64,000 nt of DNA, taken from the IMG/VR virus record IMGVR_UViG_3300024346_000005, one strand, 5' to 3'. Of the stretch, positions 1 through 5,712 are shown piece by piece. Position 1 is the first letter of the stretch, and each line of letters opens with the position of its first letter. The notes below the pieces were generated by a model. That model did no database searches, was not told the origin of the DNA, and was given only the letters and a program-made list of their open reading frames with translations. The stretch is from a virus. Taxonomy: Duplodnaviria > Caudoviricetes. Position numbers and translations under genes: made by a program.

Positions 1-21
1 TTTGTTAGAATCAGCAACTGC

Positions 22-93
22 TGTGCCAGTTGCCTAAGTGGCACAGAGGGGGTTCCGCTGCCCCCCCTGACCCCTTATAATTGATTCATACCA
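22..93 (+). promoter_or_regulatory. Early promoter module A1 (palindrome + G/C hairpin + TATAAT)
   Basis: TGTGCCA(22-28)-N10-TGGCACA(39-45); G-run/C-run hairpin 46-67; TATAAT 76-81; 24-bp repeat ACCCCTTATAATTGATTCATACCA 70-93. Confidence 0.85.
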
Positions 94-107
94 AGCAACC
101 CCACCAA

Positions 108-425
108 ATGCGTAAGATTGAATCCCTGATGAACGATGCCATCACCAACGGCACTGATTTTCGTTCTGCTAATACTAACGTTGTGCAGGCAGATGGCATC
201 GCTGTTGTATTGCTTCACGGCAACAAGATTGCCGAGGTTGGTGATAATTTCGTCCGATTGTTTGATGGTGGATGGCAGTCTAATACAACCAAATCCCGCC
301 TGAATGCTATTCTTCAGGTTCACGGGATTAAGGGCGAATGTGTATTCCAGAAGAAAGGACAGTGGTTCCTAAATTATGCTGGAAACGGCGTAATTCCTTT
401 CTTCTCAGGTATGCGTCTGGCATAG
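108..425 (+). CDS. Early hypothetical protein (105 aa; LHGNKIA / TTKSRLNA motifs)
   Basis: ATG 108 follows the module A1 leader. The track start at 81 is a TTG inside the -10 box. Confidence 0.8.
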   Translation: MRKIESLMNDAITNGTDFRSANTNVVQADGIAVVLLHGNKIAEVGDNFVRLFDGGWQSNTTKSRLNAILQVHGIKGECVFQKKGQWFLNYAGNGVIPFFSGMRLA

Positions 426-426
426 A

Positions 427-491
427 GTGCCACTCGGGGAACTGGCACAAGGTTCCCCCCAGACCCCCTCCTGACCCCTTATAATAACAGT
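427..491 (+). promoter_or_regulatory. Early promoter module A2
   Basis: GTGCCA(427-432)-N10-TGGCAC(443-448); TATAAT 480-485, 31 nt after TGGCAC. Confidence 0.8.
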
Positions 492-1400
492 ATGAAAAAC
501 ACCCACCTCGAACACCCCGAAGATTCTATCCTGACCGGGGACCTGACCGTTCTGGATTGGTTCGTGAATCCCGGCACCCTAAGTGTAAAGATTGACGGAG
601 CGCCTGCTATTGTTTGGGGCACGAATCCTGCCAACGGTAAGTTCTTTGTTGGCACCAAAAGTGTCTTCAACAAAGTCAAAATCAAAATCTGTTATACTCA
701 AGAAGATGTGTTTGCTCTGTATGGTGAGCAACCCGCACTGATTGAGATTCTAGCGGCATGTCTTAAGTATCTGCCCCGTACAGAGACAATCTATCAGGGA
801 GACTTCATCGGGTTTGGTGGTTCTAATGAGTATACTCCGAACACCATCACTTATAAGTTTTCTGAGATTGTGCGGCAGACTATTATCATCGCACCCCACA
901 CTTGCTATTATGCCGAGAGCGACATTCGTGATGCGGTTGCAATGCCTGACCGTGCCATATGGAATGATACCGACAGCGTAAAGTTTGTCAAACCAGATAC
1001 TTATATCCTTCACAATCAGGAGTCCTTCGCTGATGTTGAGGAAGTGGTAAAGTTTACCCGTGCTATGGCACTTGCTGTAGAGTTTGTTTCTGACAAGCAA
1101 GCAGCAAAGATTAAGAAACAACTGAATGCCTGTATTCGTGCCGGTGATGCTATCATTGCCCAAACGTTTGAGGACTTTGATTGTGACCCTAAACTGATTG
1201 GACTGTGGGCACTAGTGAAGTCAATCAAAGATGATTGTTTGTTCCTGTGCCGCAATAGTGGTCCCGCAGCATACATCAACGGCAACCGTATTGATTCTGA
1301 GGGTTATGTGATGACCAATGAGTTTGGTATGTTCAAACTGGTCAATCGTGAGGTCTTCAGCTATGCTAACTTCAATCACGGGAGGTTTCAGGTCGCATAA
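492..1400 (+). CDS. Conserved phage protein with ligase/nucleotidyltransferase-like motifs (DUF6267-like, 302 aa)
   Basis: Long ORF; KIDG (KxDG motif I), IYQGDF, SEGYV, FKLV resemble ATP-dependent ligase motifs I/III/IV/V. Confidence 0.6.
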   Translation: MKNTHLEHPEDSILTGDLTVLDWFVNPGTLSVKIDGAPAIVWGTNPANGKFFVGTKSVFNKVKIKICYTQEDVFALYGEQPALIEILAACLKYLPRTETIYQGDFIGFGGSNEYTPNTITYKFSEIVRQTIIIAPHTCYYAESDIRDAVAMPDRAIWNDTDSVKFVKPDTYILHNQESFADVEEVVKFTRAMALAVEFVSDKQAAKIKKQLNACIRAGDAIIAQTFEDFDCDPKLIGLWALVKSIKDDCLFLCRNSGPAAYINGNRIDSEGYVMTNEFGMFKLVNREVFSYANFNHGRFQVA

Positions 1401-1415
1401 GCAACACTGATGGTT

Positions 1416-1461
1416 CGGGGGGTTGACCTTCCCCCCTCTGACCCCTTATAATTGATTCATA
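1416..1461 (+). promoter_or_regulatory. Early promoter module A3 (no palindrome, near-consensus -35)
   Basis: TTGACC 1423-1428 in the hairpin loop, 18 nt before TATAAT 1447-1452; shares ACCCCTTATAATTGATTCATA. Confidence 0.8.
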
Positions 1462-1474
1462 AGCAACCCACCCG

Positions 1475-2059
1475 ATGCTCAACACTCTCCAAGTCGCCGC
1501 TCAACTCAAGGTCACCAACTTTGATGCATTTGCCAAACCCGGTAAAAACAAAGGTTCGCGTGGGCAACTGATTGAAACTGCCCTTGGCATTCCTAACAGT
1601 TCCAACCTGAAAGATTTGGTGGACGGTGAACTTAAGACTTTCACAGTTGGTGAGTCTATCGCCGTCACACAGTTGAAGCACTGCCTCTCTGAAATCATCG
1701 AAGACGGTGTTAGTTTCACTGATAGTAAGGTAGGAGAAAAACTATCTCAGACCATCTACGTTGGTTTCACCCGTGCCAATGATTATGTGGGTACTGAGGT
1801 TCTGAATCCTGAGACTCACCCTGAGCACTATCAGGAACTGGCAGAGGATTACACCTTCATTTGTGATACCATCCGCAGTTCATTTGACTCTGGCAGTATA
1901 CTCAACACTATCACCGGACCTAACGGACTGCTGCAAATCCGCACCAAAGCATCTAAAACTAACGGTCGCTATGTTCCTCTGACCTTTGCAAATTGCACCC
2001 TCAAAGATAAGGGTATGGCATTTTACCTCTGTGGCAAGTTCGGGAAGGAGGTCCTGTGA
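1475..2059 (+). CDS. MutH/Sau3AI-like PD-(D/E)XK endonuclease (194 aa)
   Basis: NKGSRGQLIETALG...DLVDGELKT and LQIRTK match the MutH-family pattern KGWxGxLLExxLG...D...ELKT and LQIRPK. Confidence 0.7.
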   Translation: MLNTLQVAAQLKVTNFDAFAKPGKNKGSRGQLIETALGIPNSSNLKDLVDGELKTFTVGESIAVTQLKHCLSEIIEDGVSFTDSKVGEKLSQTIYVGFTRANDYVGTEVLNPETHPEHYQELAEDYTFICDTIRSSFDSGSILNTITGPNGLLQIRTKASKTNGRYVPLTFANCTLKDKGMAFYLCGKFGKEVL

Positions 2060-2126
2060 CAGTCTGACCGCTGGCACACTGGGGGTCCGCTGGCACCCTC
2101 CGACCCCTTATAATTGATTCATACCA
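2055..2126 (+). promoter_or_regulatory. Early promoter module A4
   Basis: TGTGACA(2055-2061)-N10-TGGCACA(2072-2078); TATAAT 2109-2114; 24-bp repeat 2103-2126. The upstream ORF stop TGA lies inside the left arm. Confidence 0.85.
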
Positions 2127-2139
2127 AACAACCCAACCG

Positions 2140-2307
2140 ATGCGAATCGAAGTCCGCTACCAGACCCCCTACAACCAGACCGAGTGGCGCTCCCAGTGGT
2201 TCCCCACCCTTCCCGAAGCGGAGCGGATGGTAGACTTCTACCGCTCCTGCGGGTCACCCTCCCACATCTGCCCCTCATCGCTGGCACAGTTCGCCCACCT
2301 TCAGTAG
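2140..2307 (+). CDS. Early hypothetical protein (55 aa, MRIEVRYQTPYNQTEWRSQWF...)
   Basis: Translated by hand; ATG after the module A4 leader, TAG 2305-2307; below the track length cut-off. Confidence 0.75.
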   Translation: MRIEVRYQTPYNQTEWRSQWFPTLPEAERMVDFYRSCGSPSHICPSSLAQFAHLQ

Positions 2308-2363
2308 TGGCACACAGGGGGCACCTGATGCCCCCTCTGACCCCTTATAATTGATTCATACCA
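2292..2363 (+). promoter_or_regulatory. Early promoter module A5
   Basis: TGGCAC 2308-2313 with degenerate left arm; hairpin CAGGGGGCA...TGCCCCCT; TATAAT 2346-2351; 24-bp repeat 2340-2363. Confidence 0.8.
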
Positions 2364-2378
2364 AACGAACCGACCCGA

Positions 2379-2573
2379 ATGACCCGCAACGCCATCACCG
2401 CTCAGGACCGTGCCGCCCAGTCCCGTGCCATCGCTGCCGCTGCCATCGCTGAGGCAGACCGTAAGGCAGGCACCGCTGATGAGCGTAACCTCAACACCCT
2501 GATAGGTATTCTCACCCTGCCCCGCTGCGGTTGTAATGGTCATCCTGCCTGCCCCCGCTGCGGTTGGATGTGA
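2379..2573 (+). CDS. Small Ala-rich protein with C-terminal Cys/His cluster (64 aa)
   Basis: ORF between modules A5 and A6; ends CGCNGHPACPRCGWM. Confidence 0.75.
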   Translation: MTRNAITAQDRAAQSRAIAAAAIAEADRKAGTADERNLNTLIGILTLPRCGCNGHPACPRCGWM

Positions 2574-2640
2574 CAGTTGCCCTAGTGGCACACGGGGTCT
2601 CCCAGGACCCCTCTCCACCCCTTATAATTGATTCATACCA
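2569..2640 (+). promoter_or_regulatory. Early promoter module A6
   Basis: TGTGACA(2569-2575)-N10-TGGCACA(2586-2592); TATAAT 2623-2628; 24-bp repeat 2617-2640. The upstream stop TGA lies inside the left arm. Confidence 0.85.
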
Positions 2641-2654
2641 CGCAACCCAAGCAA

Positions 2655-2852
2655 ATGCAAATCACTAAAGTCTACGCTGTCATCGGTGGTTTTGATTATG
2701 AAGGTGAGGACTTCAAATCGCTCCGCTTGTTTGACTGCTTCTCCACTGCAAATGCATACCTTGTGTATCTTGAGGAGCAGGAGGGTTATGATTACTCCAA
2801 GATGGATGTTCGGGAGGTGAATATGGAATCGGCACTGCTGTGTGCCGCCTGA
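2655..2852 (+). CDS. Early hypothetical protein (65 aa)
   Basis: ATG 2655 (MQITKVYAVIGGFDYEGE...). The track start 2628 is inside the -10 box. Confidence 0.75.
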   Translation: MQITKVYAVIGGFDYEGEDFKSLRLFDCFSTANAYLVYLEEQEGYDYSKMDVREVNMESALLCAA

Positions 2853-2912
2853 GGCACTGGCACATCGGGTGCCCCTGGCACCCTCTCCACCCCTTATAAT
2901 TGATTCATACCA
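2841..2912 (+). promoter_or_regulatory. Early promoter module A7
   Basis: TGTGCCG(2841-2847)-N10-TGGCACA(2858-2864); TATAAT 2895-2900; 24-bp repeat 2889-2912. Confidence 0.85.
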
Positions 2913-2926
2913 AACAACCCAAGCAA

Positions 2927-3187
2927 ATGACCGTCACCACCTACCAGACCTGCCTGACCGACCAAACTTATAACGGTTGGACCAATTATGAAACCTGGAA
3001 CGTAGCTCTCTGGATTCAGAATGATGCTTGCGTTCAGGATGCTATCGCAGAACGTGATATCTGCTGCTATGAAGAACTGCTTGAATTGATGTATGATTGT
3101 GGTGCCAAAGAGACCCGCGACGGTGTGAAATGGACTGACCCTAAAGTCAACCGCGCAGAAATCAACGGCGACATTTTCGACTTCTAA
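2927..3187 (+). CDS. Early hypothetical protein (86 aa; YNGWTNYETWNVALW motif)
   Basis: ATG 2927 after the leader CAACCCAAGCAA; aromatic-rich motif typical of small phage proteins. Confidence 0.75.
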   Translation: MTVTTYQTCLTDQTYNGWTNYETWNVALWIQNDACVQDAIAERDICCYEELLELMYDCGAKETRDGVKWTDPKVNRAEINGDIFDF

Positions 3188-3193
3188 ATCTCA

Positions 3194-3225
3194 AGTCCTG
3201 GGAGAATGACTCTAAACTTCTCCCA
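3194..3225 (+). ncRNA. Candidate H-type pseudoknot in the 5' leader of ORF 3256
   Basis: S1 AGTC 3194-3197 / GACT 3208-3211; S2 TGGGAGAA 3199-3206 / TTCTCCCA 3218-3225; loops of 1, 1 and 6 nt. Confidence 0.5.
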
Positions 3226-3255
3226 CACTTTCATTAACATTTTTCTTTCTACATT

Positions 3256-3405
3256 ATGTCCCGCGATGTCCTCCTCTCACTCCTTGCTAAGGGTTCCAAT
3301 GGTGAGCAAATTCTCCAGATTCTTGATTCAATTGTTGATGGGGTTTCTGATAGTGTCAGTCCTGATTCCGCTGCTAATCCTACTCTAAGTGAGATTCAGT
3401 TCTGA
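3256..3405 (+). CDS. Small acidic hypothetical protein (49 aa, MSRDVLLSLLAKGSNGEQILQILDSIVDG...)
   Basis: Translated by hand; ATG after a U-rich unstructured spacer; TGA 3403-3405. Confidence 0.6.
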   Translation: MSRDVLLSLLAKGSNGEQILQILDSIVDGVSDSVSPDSAANPTLSEIQF

Positions 3406-3409
3406 TACC

Positions 3410-3480
3410 TAACCAATTGCCAGACTGGCACCGGGTCACCGGGACCGGGACCCCTGACCCTGTAGACTAAAGCATACCAA
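3410..3480 (+). promoter_or_regulatory. Early promoter module A8 (variant)
   Basis: TGGCAC 3426-3431, -10 TAGACT 3463-3468 (31-nt gap kept); leader CATACCAAACGAACCGA. Confidence 0.7.
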
Positions 3481-3495
3481 ACGAACCGAGACCAA

Positions 3496-3675
3496 ATGAC
3501 CGCCTTCAACCCCTACGTCGCAACCCTGATTGAAATGGGATACGATGAGCAGGACTGCCGGAACGTTGCTGCCGCTGGTTTGGATGCCACGTATCCCCGA
3601 ACCATCCACGGGCGGACCTTCCAAACCAAAGCAGAATACGATGAGGCACTGGCAGACTTCCTCAACGGAATCTGA
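3496..3675 (+). CDS. Early hypothetical protein (59 aa, MTAFNPYVATLIEMGYDEQDCR...)
   Basis: Translated by hand; sits between modules A8 and B1. Confidence 0.75.
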   Translation: MTAFNPYVATLIEMGYDEQDCRNVAAAGLDATYPRTIHGRTFQTKAEYDEALADFLNGI

Positions 3676-3718
3676 GGGGTCCTGCCCCCGACCTGCTACA
3701 ATACTATCAACCGCAACC
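3676..3718 (+). promoter_or_regulatory. Early promoter module B1 (extended -10)
   Basis: GGGG/CCCC hairpin, TGcTACAAT (TACAAT 3697-3702); 29-bp perfect repeat 3690-3718 = 3877-3905. Confidence 0.75.
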
Positions 3719-3725
3719 GACCCGA

Positions 3726-3878
3726 ATGACCCGCGCTCTGTTCCCCATCGGATTCTGTGCCCTCTGCCTGATGATTGGCAACGCTGCCCTCTCCACCATC
3801 GGCGCCACACTGGAAGCGGAGCAGGCGGAAATCTGCCACCGTAGCGGTTCGCTGGACTGCCCCCCATTGCCCCGCTGA
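3726..3878 (+). CDS. Small protein with hydrophobic N-terminal segment (50 aa)
   Basis: MTRALFPIGFCALCLMIGNAALSTIGATLEAEQAEICHRSGSLDCPPLPR; translated by hand. Confidence 0.65.
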   Translation: MTRALFPIGFCALCLMIGNAALSTIGATLEAEQAEICHRSGSLDCPPLPR

Positions 3879-3905
3879 CCTGCTACAATACTATCAACCG
3901 CAACC
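3877..3905 (+). promoter_or_regulatory. Early promoter module B2
   Basis: GACCTGCTACAATACTATCAACCGCAACC, identical to 3690-3718; TACAAT 3884-3889. Confidence 0.75.
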
Positions 3906-3912
3906 AATCCCG

Positions 3913-4143
3913 ATGATCCTCAAGGTTACCCGCTTCTCCCGCCGAAACAAGGTCACTCCTATGGTTCAGTTCGTCCGCTTCCCCGAGGGCGTTTCCCCTC
4001 AGATGGGATATCGTCTGTTGGGCAACCCCTCCAACGGAATCAATATCAAGCGGGCAACCGTTGAGCAGGTCGGACCCGATCAGGTCACCAAAACCCCTAA
4101 GGTTTATGATTTGCGGGTCGGACGGGTTCTGACTGCTGCCTGA
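3913..4143 (+). CDS. Early basic hypothetical protein (76 aa)
   Basis: ATG 3913 after the B2 leader, in frame with track ORF 3775..4143. Confidence 0.7.
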   Translation: MILKVTRFSRRNKVTPMVQFVRFPEGVSPQMGYRLLGNPSNGINIKRATVEQVGPDQVTKTPKVYDLRVGRVLTAA

Positions 4144-4170
4144 CCCCTGATCTGCTACAATACTATCAGT
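4141..4170 (+). promoter_or_regulatory. Early promoter module B3
   Basis: TGcTACAATACTATCAG; TACAAT 4156-4161. Confidence 0.7.
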
Positions 4171-4189
4171 TCCACCGACACCGACCCCG

Positions 4190-4354
4190 ATGACCTCTGC
4201 CGAACTGACCGCTGCCATTGCCTCCGGAGAATTCAAGGTCACCCGCCTGCCCCGCCGTGGTCCCCGTCCCGGTCAGGCAGCGATGACCCGTAAAGAGGAC
4301 CTTGCTGCCCGCCACCTTGAGCGCCGCATTAAGCAGGGGTGGGTTTCCCTCTGA
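4190..4354 (+). CDS. Early basic hypothetical protein (54 aa, MTSAELTAAIASGEFKVTRLPRRG...)
   Basis: Translated by hand; between B3 and B4. Confidence 0.7.
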   Translation: MTSAELTAAIASGEFKVTRLPRRGPRPGQAAMTRKEDLAARHLERRIKQGWVSL

Positions 4355-4384
4355 CCCCATTCCATGCTATGATTCTCTCAGTTC
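4336..4384 (+). promoter_or_regulatory. Early promoter module B4
   Basis: TGcTATGAT (4368-4373); TATGATTCTCTCAGTTC 4368-4384 identical to 4689-4705. Confidence 0.7.
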
Positions 4385-4401
4385 CAAACCAACCAACACC
4401 G

Positions 4402-4647
4402 ATGGCACTCTTCTCTCCAGCAACCGACCTTCAGACCCGCCAGACCGTATGGGTCTCCCGCAACGTTTCCAAGGGTCGCCCGCAACTCAACTCCCACCGT
4501 GATGATGTGCTGGGTCGCTCCATGGAGTCCGATGGTCTATCCGCCGTTGAGTTGGCAGACCTTCACACCCCGTTCGTGGGTTGGCAGGGTCCGGGTCATC
4601 AGTTCTACTGTAACCCCGAAGCAAAGCGCCTGACCTGGTTGGGGTGA
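4402..4647 (+). CDS. Early hypothetical protein (81 aa)
   Basis: ATG 4402 after an A/C-rich leader, in frame with track ORF 4339..4647. Confidence 0.7.
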   Translation: MALFSPATDLQTRQTVWVSRNVSKGRPQLNSHRDDVLGRSMESDGLSAVELADLHTPFVGWQGPGHQFYCNPEAKRLTWLG

Positions 4648-4654
4648 GTTCGTG

Positions 4655-4705
4655 GGGGTGGGGTTCGTTCCCTGCCCCCGATTCGTGGTATGATTCTCTC
4701 AGTTC
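4655..4705 (+). promoter_or_regulatory. Early promoter module B5
   Basis: G/C hairpin 4655-4679, TGgTATGAT (4689-4694). Confidence 0.7.
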
Positions 4706-4722
4706 ACAAGCAACCGACCCTC

Positions 4723-4935
4723 ATGCGTAACCCCCTCTACACCGTCATCATCTGGCAGGACGTACCGAGCAGCGCCTGCTCTGAACTCCGCCTTCGCTTC
4801 CGGAAGCGCAATATCACCGTCTTCTGGCGGTCGGGTCACCTCAGCACCCATACCGTCCGCCGCCGTGATATGCTCCGCCTGCTCAATCCGCAGCAGAGCG
4901 TTGGGCAGTGGTTGAACCGTTATGCTCTGGGGTGA
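4723..4935 (+). CDS. Early Arg-rich hypothetical protein (70 aa)
   Basis: ATG 4723 after the B5 leader, in frame with track ORF 4690..4935. Confidence 0.65.
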   Translation: MRNPLYTVIIWQDVPSSACSELRLRFRKRNITVFWRSGHLSTHTVRRRDMLRLLNPQQSVGQWLNRYALG

Positions 4936-4960
4936 CCCTCTGGTCGTTCCTGGTCTGGTT

Positions 4961-4999
4961 GGGGTTCTGACCCCATTCGTGCTACAATTCACTCAGTTC
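4961..4999 (+). promoter_or_regulatory. Early promoter module B6
   Basis: GGGG-TTCTGA-CCCC hairpin, TGcTACAAT (4983-4988). Confidence 0.7.
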
Positions 5000-5015
5000 A
5001 CACCCCCCCCCCATC

Positions 5016-5282
5016 ATGGCACTTCACAACCAACACACCGCCATCGGTCATCTGGGTTCCGGCGCCGATGGCGTTCGTGCCTCTATGGCAGTCAACTCTG
5101 CCAACGGTTCGGGGCGTGGCATGACCCTGACCCCCGTAACCGGTCTGGGTCGGCAGTGGGTCGGAGACAAGACCACCAACGCCCAACGCTTCGCCGCTCA
5201 GGCAAAGGCAGACCGAATTGCCGCTGCCCGTGACCGCCGCCTGAATGGGGTGGGTCACTCCCCGCTCGCTGCCCGCTTCTGA
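5016..5282 (+). CDS. Early Gly/Ala-rich hypothetical protein (88 aa)
   Basis: Track ORF starting after the B6 leader; last gene of the GC-rich array. Confidence 0.7.
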   Translation: MALHNQHTAIGHLGSGADGVRASMAVNSANGSGRGMTLTPVTGLGRQWVGDKTTNAQRFAAQAKADRIAAARDRRLNGVGHSPLAARF

Positions 5283-5288
5283 GCGGGT

Positions 5289-5323
5289 TGGTCGTTCGTG
5301 CCGGGGCAGTCTGGTCGTTCGTG
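5289..5323 (+). repeat. 12-bp direct repeat TGGTCGTTCGTG
   Basis: Copies at 5289-5300 and 5312-5323; partial copy TGGTCGTTC at 4941-4949. Confidence 0.7.
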
Positions 5324-5490
5324 TGGGGACAGTGCCCATGGCGCGGTGCCGACCCCCCGCCGCCCCGTATATAAAAACGCCTAACTACCCTAACCTACAA
5401 AGTGTTACGGAAGCGAGAGATGTATAAACACCAAACATAAAAAAATTTTTCGCTATATAAAAAATAAAATAAAGTTTTATAAACACGAAA

Positions 5491-5661
5491 ATGAAAAAAA
5501 ATTCCGAGGAAATTTTCGAGTCCATACAAGTTGATCCAATTACCGGGCAATATTTTTTAATAATCCCCGAACAAATTATGAACGAACTTTCTTGGTATGA
5601 AGATACCGAAGTCAAGTTTTTATTGGATGGTAAAGATGTGATTCTTTCCGAAAACGATTGA
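5491..5661 (+). CDS. AbrB/MazE (swapped-hairpin)-like DNA-binding protein (56 aa)
   Basis: MKKNSEEIFESIQVDPITGQYFLIIPEQIMNELSWYEDTEVKFLLDGKDVILSEND; the IPxxIxxxLxWxxxTEV pattern fits AbrB-like proteins. Not in the track. Confidence 0.6.
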   Translation: MKKNSEEIFESIQVDPITGQYFLIIPEQIMNELSWYEDTEVKFLLDGKDVILSEND

Positions 5662-5690
5662 TTGACAACTGATATATAATGTTGTATGAT
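5662..5690 (+). promoter_or_regulatory. Consensus sigma70-type promoter
   Basis: TTGACA 5662-5667, N17, TATGAT 5685-5690. Confidence 0.8.
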
Positions 5691-5712
5691 ACTGAAGTAA
5701 CTACTTACTATT

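Noticed and set aside
70-2912. 24-bp repeats as a CRISPR array
   Set aside because: Spacers are hundreds of bases long, variable and contain ORFs; the repeats contain TATAAT; no cas genes in the window.
81-2926. Track starts giving MIHTKQ/MIHTTQ N-termini (81, 2628, 2900), and similar extensions at 4339, 4690 and 50344
   Set aside because: These starts fall inside or upstream of the promoter boxes; downstream ATGs after the leaders are the plausible starts.
3206-3388. Hydrophobic 60-aa track ORF
   Set aside because: Starts inside the pseudoknot; the overlapping frame 3256-3405 has a better start context.
39-3431. TGGCAC as a sigma54 -24 element
   Set aside because: No TTGC at the -12 position; cyanobacteria lack sigma54; a sigma70 -10 lies at a fixed distance instead.
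4655-4680. GGTTCG hairpin as a tRNA T-arm
   Set aside because: No cloverleaf, D-arm or acceptor stem; it is a promoter-module hairpin. No tRNA or rRNA was recognised in the window.
3436-5339. Long overlapping ORFs on both strands in the GC-rich array (e.g. 3436-3867, 3530-3844, 4922-5233)
   Set aside because: They span promoter modules, have low-complexity Arg/Pro/Gly content and are expected by chance at high GC.
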